A stretch of DNA of 59,353 bases, counting the filler, from Squatina squatina (lineage: Eukaryota): assembly GCA_031763465.1 (NCBI GenBank). It is 3 parts of 3 records of this genome, joined end to end, with 100 filler letters (N's around TTAATTAATTAA, not from the genome) between each part and the next. Parts side by side here need not be neighbours in the genome. Positions count along the whole stretch, not along the records: positions 1 to 25,993 come from JARFOE010000192.1; 2 more parts are not named here. One strand, 5' to 3'. Shown here one piece after another: positions 13,702-25,372 of the stretch. The position numbers were made by a program, and so were the translations under genes. The first letter of the stretch is position 1, and every line of letters begins with the position of its first letter. The notes below the pieces were generated by a model, which searched no databases, had not been told where the DNA came from, and saw only the letters and a list, made by a program, of their open reading frames with translations.

Positions 13702-14544
13702 GGAGTGGTTGGGTTGAATGGCTTGTTTCTGTTTATGTGATCCTATGTAAATGCTTGAACACTGAAACGAATAAAGTTGTGACTGACATATTAGCTGTGA
13801 CTTTATTTGTATGAATGTGTGAGCTGCCAACAGAGGTCAGGTCAGGGGGCTGCCAATGGGACTTGGGTCAAGGTTTTATTGTTGTATTTACAACAAATGG
13901 CCTTTTACAACCATTTATTCATACTTTATGTTTTACTAAACTTCATCTGCAGAGGAAAATATACTGCTTACTCACTGCGTACAAGCAGTGCATCTACTGT
14001 GAATGGCATCTATTGAAAACATAAGTCATACAAGTAAAAGTCAGGGTTAATTTATCTTTTTCCTTTGTTTTGAATCAAGCTGCTGAGGATATTCACAAAG
14101 GATGATCAAAAATTGAAACCACTATGTCCCCAAATTTGCTTGCACATTCCAGTGGACTCCTGCTGTAACTTTGGCAAGCGTCTACTGGAATGATCGCAAA
14201 TTCGGCCGGGTCCAAGTTACATCAGGTTCCAATGTTAAGGCAGAATTTCTGAGATAGACTTGTGAGATAGACCTTACAAGAGCTTAGATGTAAAGAGGCA
14301 CAACTGGGGGCAAGGACTCTCTAGGCTGGGAATGCTTGGCAGTGAGTTTCTCCAGGATTTCTGCCAATCTTCCCTAAAGTTATAATTGGAGATTGGGAAA
14401 CCCCAACGAAGCTGTACCCTATACAAGAAGCTATCTCAAAGCACTTTATATTAAGGAGGAAAGGGAAGGCAGGTAGGATTAAGGTGGGAGGCTGAAAACA
14501 GGCTGGAAGAGTTTTGAGAAGGTTTTCAAAATGACTGTTTGTTC

Positions 14545-15035
14545 CCCTAACTCTCGAATCCCCCCAGCACTATTGCTTTCCTGATCTTCCTCCTCCCTGC
14601 CACTTGCCAGCCACCCACCACCCCCACCCCCACCTGTACAGCTGAACCACTCGTGGTTCCATGGAATTGGCTCTGGCTGTACTCCCCAGTGGAACCATCA
14701 GATTACTGGTTCGAGAATGAAATGCCCTCTCAGGACTCCTGCACTACCTGCCTGGTCCTCCTTGTCTGTCTGACGCTCATCCTTTCCCTCTCTGCCTGCA
14801 TACTCATACACTGTGGGGTGACCACCTCCTGAAATGTGCTAACCACATAGGTCTGAGCCTCACAGATACACCACAGTGATGCCAGCTGCTGCTCAAAGCT
14901 CTGAAACCTGAAGCTTGAGCTCCTCCAGCTGACGACACTCCCTGCACATGTGGTTATCCTGGAGTTCCCACATGGAACAAGTTGTACATTCCACAAGTTG
15001 TGCATTCCACAGGACTGAGGTGTCCTACTATGCCT
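14545..15035 (-). mobile_element. Degenerate CR1 LINE ORF1 fragment
   Basis: Cys-containing segment followed by a coiled-coil-like EQQLASL...STFQEVVTPQ motif, as in CR1 ORF1 N-termini. Frameshifted. Confidence 0.55.
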
Positions 15036-15577
15036 CTATTTAATAGACTATTTAACAGAGGGGGAACATGTTCACCCAGCATTTTGGGGCTCTGTCCTAC
15101 TGCTTCATCTGAGGGCTACACCTGGAATTTCACCCAGTTGGCCCTTCAACGGCTCAGTGGGCCCTATGCCTACTGAGAGCAGAGATATGTTCTGTTGTAG
15201 GCCTATGGAAACTTCCAAGAAGACAAAAATGCAAAAGTAATTGATGCTGGAGACTGTCTGTTTAGTTGCCAGTTATTTTCAGCCTGATTCAAGCCTTAGG
15301 TGCCACTTGGAGTGGTAGGGTGCAGCTCTGATCGCCAGCTCCTCAGTGAGGTGGGCACCTCTGCTGCATTGTTACAAATACGGACATCTGCCCTAAATGT
15401 TCCAATAGCTTCGTCCCTAGAATTTGGGATGGGCTCATTGGTGTGGTAAAGTGGCAGGAAGAAGTTCTGGCTAACCAACATCCAGCATCCTGAAGAGGTT
15501 TGCTGGATTTCCAAGGCTATCGCTTCTACCTGATAACATTATATGTGAAACGAATAAGTAAAAAATATTTTTTATCG

Positions 15578-16296
15578 AGGAAAGAAATTTAAAAAGCAGG
15601 ACCTCAAATGTAGTAATCTCAGGATTACTCCCAGTGCCATTTGCTAGTGAGTATAGGAACAGGAGAATACACCAGATGAATACATGGCAGGAAGGATGGT
15701 GCAGGAGGGAGGGATTTAGATTCCTGCGGCATGGGGACAGATTTTGGGGAAGGTGAAACCTGTACAAGCTGGATGGGTTACACCCCAGCAGGGCCGGGAC
15801 CAATATCCTCACAGGGGTATTTGCTAATACTGTTGGGGAGGGTTTAAGCTAGAGAGGCAGGGGAATGGGAACCTAAGCAAGGAGACAGAAGAACAAGGAT
15901 AGAAATGAAAGAGAGAAAAGTAGAAAGCAAAATTGGAAGGCAGAGGAAACAAGGGCTAGCAGCAAATAGGACCATAGTATGAAACAATGTTAAGATGCTT
16001 AAAAATGTTAAAAAGACAAATCTAAAGGCATTGTATCTGAATGCATGAAGCATTTGAAATAAGGTAGATGAATTAACAGCGCAAATAAATATAAACGGCT
16101 AGGATATAATTGCAATAACAGAGACATAGCTGCAGGGTGACCAAAGCTGGGAACTGAATGTGTAAGGGTATTCGATATTCAGGAAGGACAGGTAAAAAGT
16201 CAAAGGAGGTGGGGTGGCATTGTTAATAAAGGATGAAATCAGTGCAATAGTGAGAAAGGATATTGGCTTAGAAAATCAAGATGTAAAATCAGTCTG
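15578..16296 (+). mobile_element. CR1 LINE fragment spanning ORF1 C-terminus (esterase-like) and ORF2 endonuclease start
   Basis: LKSRTSNVVISGLLPVP...WCRREGFRFLRHGDRFWGR..LYKLDGLH (ORF1), then ALYLNA..I.NKVDELTAQI...GDQSWELNV..IFRKDR..KGGGVALLIKDEI. Multiple stops. Confidence 0.85.
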
Positions 16297-16396
16297 NNNN
16301 NNNNNNNNNNNNNNNNNNNNNNNNNNNNNNNNNNNNNNNNNNNNNNNNNNNNNNNNNNNNNNNNNNNNNNNNNNNNNNNNNNNNNNNNNNNNNNNN

Positions 16397-16720
16397 GCTT
16401 CTTCAGCAGCACCTCCCAAACCCACGACCTCTACCAGCTGGAAGGACAAGGGCAGCAGGCGCATGGGAACAGCACCACCTCCAAGTTCCCCTCCGAGTCA
16501 CACACACCATCCTGACCTGGAAATATATCTGCCGTTCCTTCATCGTCGCTGGTCAAAATCCCGGAACTCCCTCCCTAACAGCACTGTGGGAGTTCACCAC
16601 ACGGACTGCAGCGGTTCAAGAAGGAGGCTCGTCACCACCTTCTCAAGGGCGATTAGGGATGGACAATACATGCCGACTTCGCCAGTGATGCCCACATCCC
16701 GAGAATGAATGAAACAAAAT
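16397..16720 (+). mobile_element. LINE 3' end (CR1/L2 group)
   Basis: CAAAATCCCGGAACTCCCTCCCTAACAGCACTGTGGG...GGACTGCAGCGGTTCAAGAAG...CACCACCTTCTCAAGGGC..TAGGGATGG...CCCACATCCC..GAATGAAT tail, a recalled abundant shark LINE terminus. A short related piece lies at about 4113-4155. Confidence 0.65.
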
Positions 16721-16894
16721 GTAAAAGGGTCCCCAACCTGATCACAGCACCACTGATTTTTTTTTTAAAAGAATTTTAGTATGCGATGGATGACTAATGC
16801 AAAGTGGAAACTGGGGCTTTCTCTCAGTTGTCAAATATTACTGAGAGGATTTATAGAATAGTACAAGACATATCACAGCAGAGAAGCAAAATGG

Positions 16895-17459
16895 CTATTC
16901 CTCTTCATTTAGCTTCTCTAATTTTGCTTCAAATCGCCTTCGACTGGACTCCAAAATGGTAATGCCATGTTTTCTAAAGTTATACCCAAGCCTTTCTAGC
17001 TCCTCTATGCGATTTTTCAAATTATCTATACTGAATTCCAATACTCTTGGCTTCTTTAATAGTTGCTTAATATTAATCTCACTTTCTAGGAGACAATCGA
17101 TTTTGCTAGAAAGTTTTTCAAACGAGGCATAGAATGCTGGTGGATAGTCAATAAAGAATTTTTTCACCTCCTCAGGTGTGCATCCTAATGACAGCAACTG
17201 CTCACTTGTATTTTTGAAATTTCTTTTCATGTAGTCACTGGAGAGATCCAAAACTTCGACACCATGTCCCTGAAGTAGTTTTATAAGTTCACTGTTGCTC
17301 AGGTTAAGTGCTTCTGTGAAAAAGTCTACATTTGTCTTTATCCGTTTAGTGCTTCTAATAAGAATGTAGGCATTTTTCATGATAATCCGTTTAACAAAAT
17401 CGTCTGGATTCTTGTCACCTAAACTAACACTGAGTTCTTGCAGATATTTTACCATCTGC
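16895..17459 (-). CDS. MTERF1: Mitochondrial transcription termination factor 1, C-terminal half (5' part lost in gap 17460-17559)
   Basis: Open frame QMVKYLQELSVSLGDKNPDDFVKRIIMKNAYILIRSTKRIK...EVLDLSSDY...LSLGCTPEEV...KIDCLLES...KPRVLEFSI...RRFEAKLEKL aligns colinearly with recalled human MTERF1 (QMVEFLQ..SLGHNDPADFVRKIIFKNPFILIQSTKRVK...EILDLSNDY...KIDCLMEE...NPRVLDSS...KKRYEAKLKKL). Stop at 16895-16897. The ORF-track Met is internal. LRRD1 and AKAP9 nearby support the identity. Confidence 0.93.
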
Positions 17460-17559
17460 NNNNNNNNNNNNNNNNNNNNNNNNNNNNNNNNNNNNNNNNN
17501 NNNNNNNNNNNNNNNNNNNNNNNNNNNNNNNNNNNNNNNNNNNNNNNNNNNNNNNNNNN

Positions 17560-17899
17560 GATATTTTGAGCCACATCATTCTCGATGGGATGTCCAGCGA
17601 AGATAGCCTGTTGTCTCACATGGTCGTTCGCAAATATGTTTTTATAAGCGTCAACTTGGAGAAGCTTTGTTCGCTGCTTGCCACCGATATGGACATGGTT
17701 CGCTGGATCCTGAGTGCTATCCATGTGTTTGGGATAACTTGAAGTTTATTCTTCTTGAGGAGCACTACAGTCTGTTGAAAGCAGACTTTAGAGATAGCCA
17801 AGAACTTTGCAGAGGTCGACGGCGTTAATGTCACACCCTCCTGACCACGGTGCCCTGGGTGGTTGCCCCCTCCCACCCCCTGCCGTAAGGCCGGCCCAG
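17560..17899 (-). mobile_element. hAT DNA transposon relic (C-terminal dimerisation domain plus terminal sequence)
   Basis: IPNTWIALRIQRTMSISVASSEQSFSKLTLIKTYLRTTM resembles the hATC consensus FPNxxxALRIxLTxPxSVASxERSFSKLKLIKTYLRSTM. Minus-strand CTGGGCCGGCC at 17899 resembles a CAGGGCCGGCC-type hAT TIR. Confidence 0.75.
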
Positions 17900-19073
17900 T
17901 TATTTATTTCACAAATTGCAAGCACATGTATTTGAAACTCAACAGGTGCTTAATAATTCTGACCTCCATTGACGGTTTTTGGCATCTGTTGTTGACTTCC
18001 ATTATACGTTTTGCCTTGAGGTCTCTTGATCCAAAGGTATAAGGGTTACAGCCCCACCCCCTCCCCATTCATGGTGCTTGGACATTTGACCAGTTTTCGG
18101 GAAGAAACTCCATCTCTATAGTTGCATTAACATAGCAACCCTATGGTGCTCATCTGTGATTTTTAAAACAATGTATTGGTTTTTTAAGTGTTAATTTTTC
18201 AGAAGTCTGCTGTGTACGCACAAACATGAAATTTTCAGGGCTTCCAACTGTGTAATGAAAGCAGAAGTCAAGGGAAATAGACAACAGGTCCATCAGCAAC
18301 TGAAAGGAGTAATGGTAGGTTAATCATTCTGAGGAGACTCCATCTGATATGATGCTGCACCCACACCAGTGACCTCAGCTATTCATATAGCTTTGCCCTC
18401 TCAGTTGGAGAAGTTAGCATAACTGCTGGGTCTGCATGGTCTGCTACAGTAGATCTTGTGCACTAGAAGGGGAGGTGGTTAGCTCCCCATCATTCAAGGA
18501 CATCCACCCAAGAGCTACTCTCTACCTAGTTTGGCCTGTGAGATGACGCAGTTGCCCAGGGTCTGGCTGTCACCGTGGACAAGTGACTCTTAGAAGCCAC
18601 TATGTGCAGCATTGGAGACCAGAGATGGGAGTCTATCCACAGGAGACAATGCTGACTCCAAAGCTCATACTCCTAATACTACCATTACACCTTCCATAAA
18701 GTGTAGCTGTTAACAACATATTTACATATGAGATTTTTTTTCAAGTCATGAAATCTGATGCAGTACCCTTTAACTATCACAAGGTCTCACTAGCACACTT
18801 TTTGAAAATTCTGTATATGGTACTAGTGACATCTAGTAACAGAGCATATTCAGTGTCAGTTAGTTCCTGTATTTTCATGAATGCAGCAAAAACAAAGGAA
18901 ATATGTTAGGAATGCGCCTGGATTTTTCTCTTGTTGGCAGAACTTCCGCCCACTACTTTGACCCCATTTTCCTGGGTCGGGGTTCATGCATGGGGAGGTC
19001 GCAGCAGGATTCCTGCCATTAAGAAGGACCCAGACAGTGTCACAGAGGAGACCCTGTAGCGGATAGACAGTGA

Positions 19074-19241
19074 CATAAGACCATAAGACCATAAGAGGTA
19101 GGAGCAGGAGTAGGCCATTCGGCCTGTCGAGCCCGCTCCGCCATTCAATTGGATCATGGCTGATCCGACATTTCTCAAGTCCACCTTCCCGCCTTCTCCC
19201 ATAACCCTTGATTCCCTTGCTGATTAGAAATCTATCTATCT
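19074..19241 (-). mobile_element. CR1 LINE 3' end with short tandem tail
   Basis: CATAAGAC tandem tail followed by AGGAGCAGGAGTAGGCCATTCGGCC..TCGAGCC.GCTCCGCCATTCAAT..GATCATGGCTGATC. Reverse complement of the 3' end at about 22520-22616. Confidence 0.8.
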
Positions 19242-19714
19242 AATGATAGTGCCCCCTTTTTAAAGGAGCACACACAATAACACCCACATCATAAATAAAA
19301 CAAAGGAAACTTAATAAATGAAAATGTTAGTACCCATGTCAACAATAGACTTCAGACTCCTTCTCCAGGACCACCCCGGCGTGGACGTAGCACTGTGTCT
19401 AAGCACTCTGCTGAATGGAAAATCAAAGGATGTCGCATTAGATAGCTAACACATTTGAGGACACTCAAATGACACTCAAAAACCTGAACGCCTATGTTCA
19501 CTCTATACAAATCCTTTGAAAATATGCTGCAGTTTTGTGTGGTGATTACAGTTTTTATTTCAAATTTAAATTAAACTAAATGTAATACTCTTTTGCATGA
19601 ACGTTAATGTATGACTTTATTTCTATTTTTAGTGCTGTCCAATGATAAGGCAAGCAATTCAATATAGTCTCAACAAATTTGAAATGAAAGTAAATAAAGA
19701 TTAGTCGAGAAAAG

Positions 19715-21205
19715 ATGGCTACAAACACCAGTAATATCAATCTACTTGCAGAAGATTGGAAAGAATTATTAGACCCTGAGGCAGTAGAATATGCTACAGA
19801 TTTACTATTTTCAGAGAGAAATGATTTGGAAGTTGATCACAACATGGTGGCTAAACTTGAAACATTTTCAATTAGAGGAAAGAATTTAACCTCACTTCCA
19901 TCAAAACTTTTTCTGTTTATAGATCTGATAGTTTTAGATCTCAGCCATAACAGCATCACATCTATTCCACGTGAAATTGCTATATTTGACCAAATGAGGC
20001 AGCTTTATCTTAATCAAAATAATATTTCGCAGTTACCTACTGAAATTGGACAGCTGAGAAAGTTAGAAATATTGTGTTTGAAAGAAAACCAACTAACTAC
20101 TTTACCGGAAACTATAGCCAGGCTGAAGAGTTTGCAAGTTCTCCAACTAGATCATAATAGGATATTTGTTTTCCCAAGAGCCATCTGTCTGCTTCCAGAG
20201 TTAAGGCAGCTTAGCCTGTCAGGAAACTCTCTTCAAAGCTTACCAATGGAGATTTCTGAGCTGAAAAACTTAAGACAACTGTCTCTGAATGATAACAAGT
20301 TAACATTTTTGCCATTGCAGTGTTTTGAGTTGTGTGATCTTGAAGAACTAAGATTGTGTGGAAATCAGTTGACTAGCCTTTCAGAGAAAATAGAGAAACT
20401 GCAGGAACTACAAATTCTCGAACTAAAGAATAATCAATTAGAAAATCTCCCAAATGAAATTTCCAGTTGTGTAAGAATTAAACAACTTTTACACGATGGC
20501 AATCAGATCACATACCTGCCTGCAAAGATAGGCAATCTGTATCATATGACAGAATTCTCTGCGAGCAAAAATAAACTGAAAAGTTTGCCAGTGGGTCTGT
20601 CACATATCGCCTACCTTTCAATGTTAGATATTTCTCATAACATGGTGGAAACAATTCCTATTGAACTCAAAAACTGTTTTAGAGTCACCAGAATCAACTT
20701 CAGTCACAACAGTCTTTTGCAATTTCCAGTCGCATTATGCTTGATAGCTGAGCTGCAGTTTTTGGATCTTAGTGGCAATCGTATTACTGAAATTATTTCT
20801 GATGTGTGCTGCATGAGGAACCTGGAAAACCTCAATCTAAGTGAAAATAAGATTGTTTCATTTCCCATTCATATATGCAACCTTTGGAGCATGAATTACT
20901 TGAATTTGAGCAAAAATAAAATTGGAAGCATTCCAATTCAAATTTCTGCTTTGTTTAATCTTGAGATTCTTCACCTTGAAAATAACATATTTAATGCCTT
21001 TTCCCCTAATTTATGCAGACTAACCAATCTGAAGCTACTTGATATATCTAACAACCAATTAGAAAATCTCCCATGGGATATTCTAAATCTACAGAAGATT
21101 GTGGAGCTTAATTTTTCTAATAATCATTTTGATGTATTTCCAATTGTAATATGTCATCTAACAACACTAGAAAAACTGAAAATCAGTCAGTTGGACGGTT
21201 TTAAG
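19715..21205 (+). CDS. LRRD1: Leucine-rich repeat and death domain-containing protein 1, large first coding exon (497 codons, about 20 LRRs)
   Basis: Tandem 23-aa LxxLxLxxNxLxxLPxxI repeats colinear with recalled human LRRD1 (e.g. FPRAICLLPEL, IPIELKNC, LKISQLDGFK vs LNISQIKGRK). In-frame TAA upstream at 19691. Candidate acceptor at 19631-19632. Donor AAG|GTAAG after 21205 (phase 0); the ORF tail to 21346 is intronic read-through. Confidence 0.9.
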
Positions 21206-22321
21206 GTAAGGACGCTGCTCTGTACAACAATGATTGAAATAGTTTATACAGAGAGCTGTTGGAACATGAAATGCTTTGCCACGGAGTGGTTTGAGAGGGG
21301 GAACATTGCATCTTTTAAAGAAAAACTAACTATTCGAAGCAAATGATAGTGGAGCAGGGGGATTAGCTTTTGGATTGCTCTGGCAAGGAGCTGGCACATA
21401 CATGATGGGCTGAATGGACTCCTGTGCTGTCAGCGTCTATTGTGACAATGACAAATACTGATTTCGGTCAAAGATTAAAGCCAATAAATGTGAGAGCCCG
21501 CCAGCTGCTGAACACTGTCAGTGGTCAGAACCAGGGTCTCACTCTCTAAAGCTTAATCTGTCGTTCTCAGTCACCTGCTGACCCGACTGGCTGCGTGTTT
21601 CCAGTTGTTGAGCATTGTTATCTAACTCGTGTTAACCCAAGGGACTAAAGGACGACTGTAGCGTCCAGCAATCAGCACACCGAGTAACATGGCAACAGCA
21701 CTACTGTACCCGCACACGTGGTCCTGGGTAGTACTCGCAGGGTGCTTGAGCACGATGCGCAAATGAAGTTGCCGACTGTGATGTCGATGTAGGTCAGGCT
21801 ACACTGCCAGTGTGGGGCCGTGCGCCCAGCTCCCACACCGGCTTCAGATGGTGCTCCTGCTTGTGGGCCATGGCCGACATGTTTGGGTTGGTGGGTGGGG
21901 AGAAGGAGGGCAAGCAGGGGACAGCGGCTTCAATTATTTTTTTCAAATCGGCGTATTCAGGCGTTCCATTGCGGGTGATGTTTTAATTTGCTCTGAAATA
22001 ATATGTCTCTTAATGGAATCGTGAGAGTTGGCAATACTGTGTATCATGTTGGCCTTTTTCCCTCTCTGGAATTTTTTTCAGTGTGCAGCTACCACTAAAG
22101 GAATGCATGTGAACTTTACAAACACAACATTTTCTATATACACGAAAATGATCATAACTCTGCAATTATTCAATATCCTGTTAATTTTGACTCGACACTC
22201 GTGCTTTAGTATGAAATGTACNNNNNNNNNNNNNNNNNNNNNNNNNNNNNNNNNNNNNNNNNNNNNNNNNNNNNNNNNNNNNNNNNNNNNNNNNNNNNNN
22301 NNNNNNNNNNNNNNNNNNNNN

Positions 22322-22616
22322 CCCCTGGCTGGAGTATCGAGGGGACATAGTCTCAGGATAAGGGGTAGGCCATTTAAGACCAAGATGAAGAGGAATTTCC
22401 TCACTCAGAGGGTTGTGAATCTTTGGAATTCTCTGGATGCTGAGTCTTTGAGTATATTCAAGCCTGAGATAGATAGATTTTTGGACTGCAGTGGAATCAA
22501 GGAATATGGAGATCAGATGGGAAAGTAGAATTGAGGTCGATGATCAGCCACGATCTTATTGAATGGTGGAGCAGGCTCAAGGGACCATGTGGCCTACTCC
22601 TGCTCCTATTTTTTAT
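22322..22616 (+). mobile_element. CR1 LINE 3' end in LRRD1 intron
   Basis: SRGHSLRIRGRPFKTKMKRNFLTQRVVNLWNSL...IFKPEIDRFL, followed by the 3'UTR GAATGGTGGAGCAGGCTCAAGGG...GGCCTACTCCTGCTCCTATT. Confidence 0.88.
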
Positions 22617-23183
22617 GGTCTTAAAAGAGATGGTGGGATCAGGAAAATTATGTGTAACTCCCCAGCAGTCCTTATATGCTCCTGGATTCAAAGCAGCCAT
22701 TGCAACAACAAACCTTTAGCATAAAACTGCCCAAAAGTTGATTTGCCAAGTTAAATATTTGTTGATTTCAGACACAGCCCAACAGTTGAGAACTTCCAGT
22801 TCATATAATTCTATTCGCACCTGACACTTGACCAGGATATGGGGAAGAAAGTGCTACAGAGGTCAGAATGATGTCACTTCCAACCCTTTTAAATTTAATT
22901 TGCATCTCTGCACCTATTATAGGCACAATCATTTTGCTCCTATCCGAAGCATGTCTAGAAATGCACTTCAGATGCAAACAGGCCGGAGACTACTTACAAG
23001 GAACCTCACCCCTTTTTCCTTCTGCGTAATGCCCTGGAAATAGGTGCAAACTTGGAAAATTGGCTTTCTTTCTTATGGTTTCATCATCATCTCAACCCTG
23101 AGACGTTTTACTGCTTTGAATGTAATTCATTGAAATGGACAGAAACACTTAAAAAATTGAAAATATCTTCTGTTTTACTGTAG

Positions 23184-23345
23184 GAAATGAATTAACTTCA
23201 CTACCAACAGATTTTGGACGGCTGCAGTCTCTGAAAGAGATAGATCTGAATGAAAATCCACTAGTAAAACCTCCAATGCTAGTTTGTAAAGGGGGAAAAC
23301 TCACTGCAATAGATCAGTATTTGAAATGTGCATATGCTAGGGACA
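23184..23345 (+). CDS. LRRD1: LRRD1 internal exon (last LRRs and LRR cap), 162 bp, phase 1-1
   Basis: Acceptor ttttactgtag, donor A|gtaagt. Encodes (G)NELTSLPTDFGRLQSLKEIDLNENPLVKPPMLVCKGGKLTAIDQYLKCAYARD, versus recalled human GNNLTALP...[37 protein letters not shown]. Not in the ORF track. Confidence 0.88.
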
Positions 23346-23487
23346 GTAAGTATATAATATTGAACAATGTAATAAGCAGCAACCATTATTTGGTGATTAT
23401 TAACAGTGTGAAATCTAATTAAATGTGACTGTGGTTTATACTTTCTCCAATGCTATCTGTGTTATTTTGTTAACTCCTTTATTTTAG

Positions 23488-23608
23488 AAAAGTTTCTGGA
23501 GAACATTTTACAGTTAATACCAAAACATGTCCCTGCTGAAGACTTTGAACATTTCTGTAAAAAGCTTCATCTACCTGCTAGTGACATTGCTTCACTTGGA
23601 AAATCAAG
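23488..23608 (+). CDS. LRRD1: LRRD1 exon encoding start of death domain, 121 bp, phase 1-2
   Basis: Acceptor tcctttattttag, donor AG|gtttgg. Splices in frame to the previous exon: KKFLENILQLIPKHVPAEDFEHFCKKLHLPASDIASLGKS, versus recalled human [29 protein letters not shown]. Confidence 0.82.
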
Positions 23609-25372
23609 GTTTGGCTTTTCAAATTTTCCTAAATATGTTTAGAAAATATACAGGCCTATGGAGAATTTGGCATTGCTTCTAGCAGTATGGGGAATTCCTA
23701 TAAAACACAGGATTCCCACACTAATAACAGATACAGGAGGAAATTCTTGAAATACATAGAAGGGAATTTGAATCCCCAAAAATGGATGGGCTTGNNNNNN
23801 NNNNNNNNNNNNNNNNNNNNNNNNNNNNNNNNNNNNNNNNNNNNNNNNNNNNNNNNNNNNNNNNNNNNNNNNNNNNNNNNNNNNNNNNNNNNNNCAGGCA
23901 TTTTACGATAGCATGAGCTAGGAGGCAGACAGCTTTTAACCACGAAAAATAAAAAGACAAAAAAATGTCTAAAAGACGGTGTGTGGAGTTAAAAATCTGC
24001 CAGACGATCAGCTGCACAACACCATTTTCTAGGAGGCAGAAGCAAGCCACTAACACGGGTAATGTATGATACTTTTTAGACTCATTCGACACCTGAGGGA
24101 ATGTCTTCATATAGTGTCTACTGTTTCACTATGACTTAACAGTTTGATGATCAGAGATCTTTTTTCTAATACTTCTTACTTCCAATCTACGTCATTCATT
24201 TGTAAATGCCAGTAGTTTATCCTGGAAATATCTGATTCATCAAACAGCAAAATTTTACAAATGCAAATTAAAACGTTCGCTGCTATGTTATCATCATAGG
24301 TTACATGATACTAAAACTCTGTCATCAGATGTCTACAATTCTCAACAATCTTTCACACTCTCCAGAGATGAAAGCTTTTGTAGTGGTGACACAGATGAAA
24401 TTGTAACCTGTCATGAAACTCAACAACTTGTCTAAAGCAACTTACTTTCCGTGCACCGACTAGAGTTCCATAACTAATGAGATTATGTAAGAATTACAAA
24501 AAATTGTTTTTTGGGCACAGGTCCCACACCACCTGATTCCATCTCCTCAAATTGAGATAGAGTCTCTTTTCATGACCAAATGATTAACTTACCCTATTTT
24601 GTAAAATTTTATAAAATTCAAATCAAAATGGTGCAGGCTACTTTGCTTCATAAACTTCTGTCAATTCAAATATATTAGCCTTAATGAAATGAAACTCACC
24701 TGTAATAAGTCCACTTTGACACTGCTGAAACATCTAATTTAGCACATAACTGGGAAAATTAATGACATTTTCTTTAATCCAGCTGTGGAGTGTGCAACAT
24801 TTAGCCGAAAAGGCCCAACAAAGAATTTCCAAATCTGTTTCTATAAAGTAGCATTGTATTCTGTCTGATAGCTTTATCAAATTGTTAGGTGCTGCCATCC
24901 AACTCCCATAATTTGTTCTGAATGTTGGCTTTAATAGTTCACCCCCAGCCGAATGAAATTTAGATTAATTATACAGATAATACCAAGTTTTAACTTCACT
25001 GCTTATCAAAGTTAGAAAGTGATGTGATCCAACCCCTGCTGGGAACTCTGATCCAACTGGTGGAAACTCACACATTTAGATGAATCAACTTATGGCTGAC
25101 TTATCTGTAAACGTAACTTCAAAGCCCATTCTCTTCAAATTAAGAACTGTTAAATTCATTTATTTTAGCATCAGTTACCAGTGACAGTCAGGTAGATTNN
25201 NNNNNNNNNNNNNNNNNNNNNNNNNNNNNNNNNNNNNNNNNNNNNNNNNNNNNNNNNNNNNNNNNNNNNNNNNNNNNNNNNNNNNNNNNNNNNNNNNNCT
25301 GTAAGATCTTGTATGACGATACTAAAGATTCTACTGATGTAAAATGTTTTGATCAAATTTTCTATTTTGCAG

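Noticed and set aside
21206-21346. C-terminal tail of the 543-aa ORF (VRTLLCTT...)
   Set aside because: Lies after the GTAAG donor, loses LRR periodicity and overlaps an old CR1-like 3' fragment.
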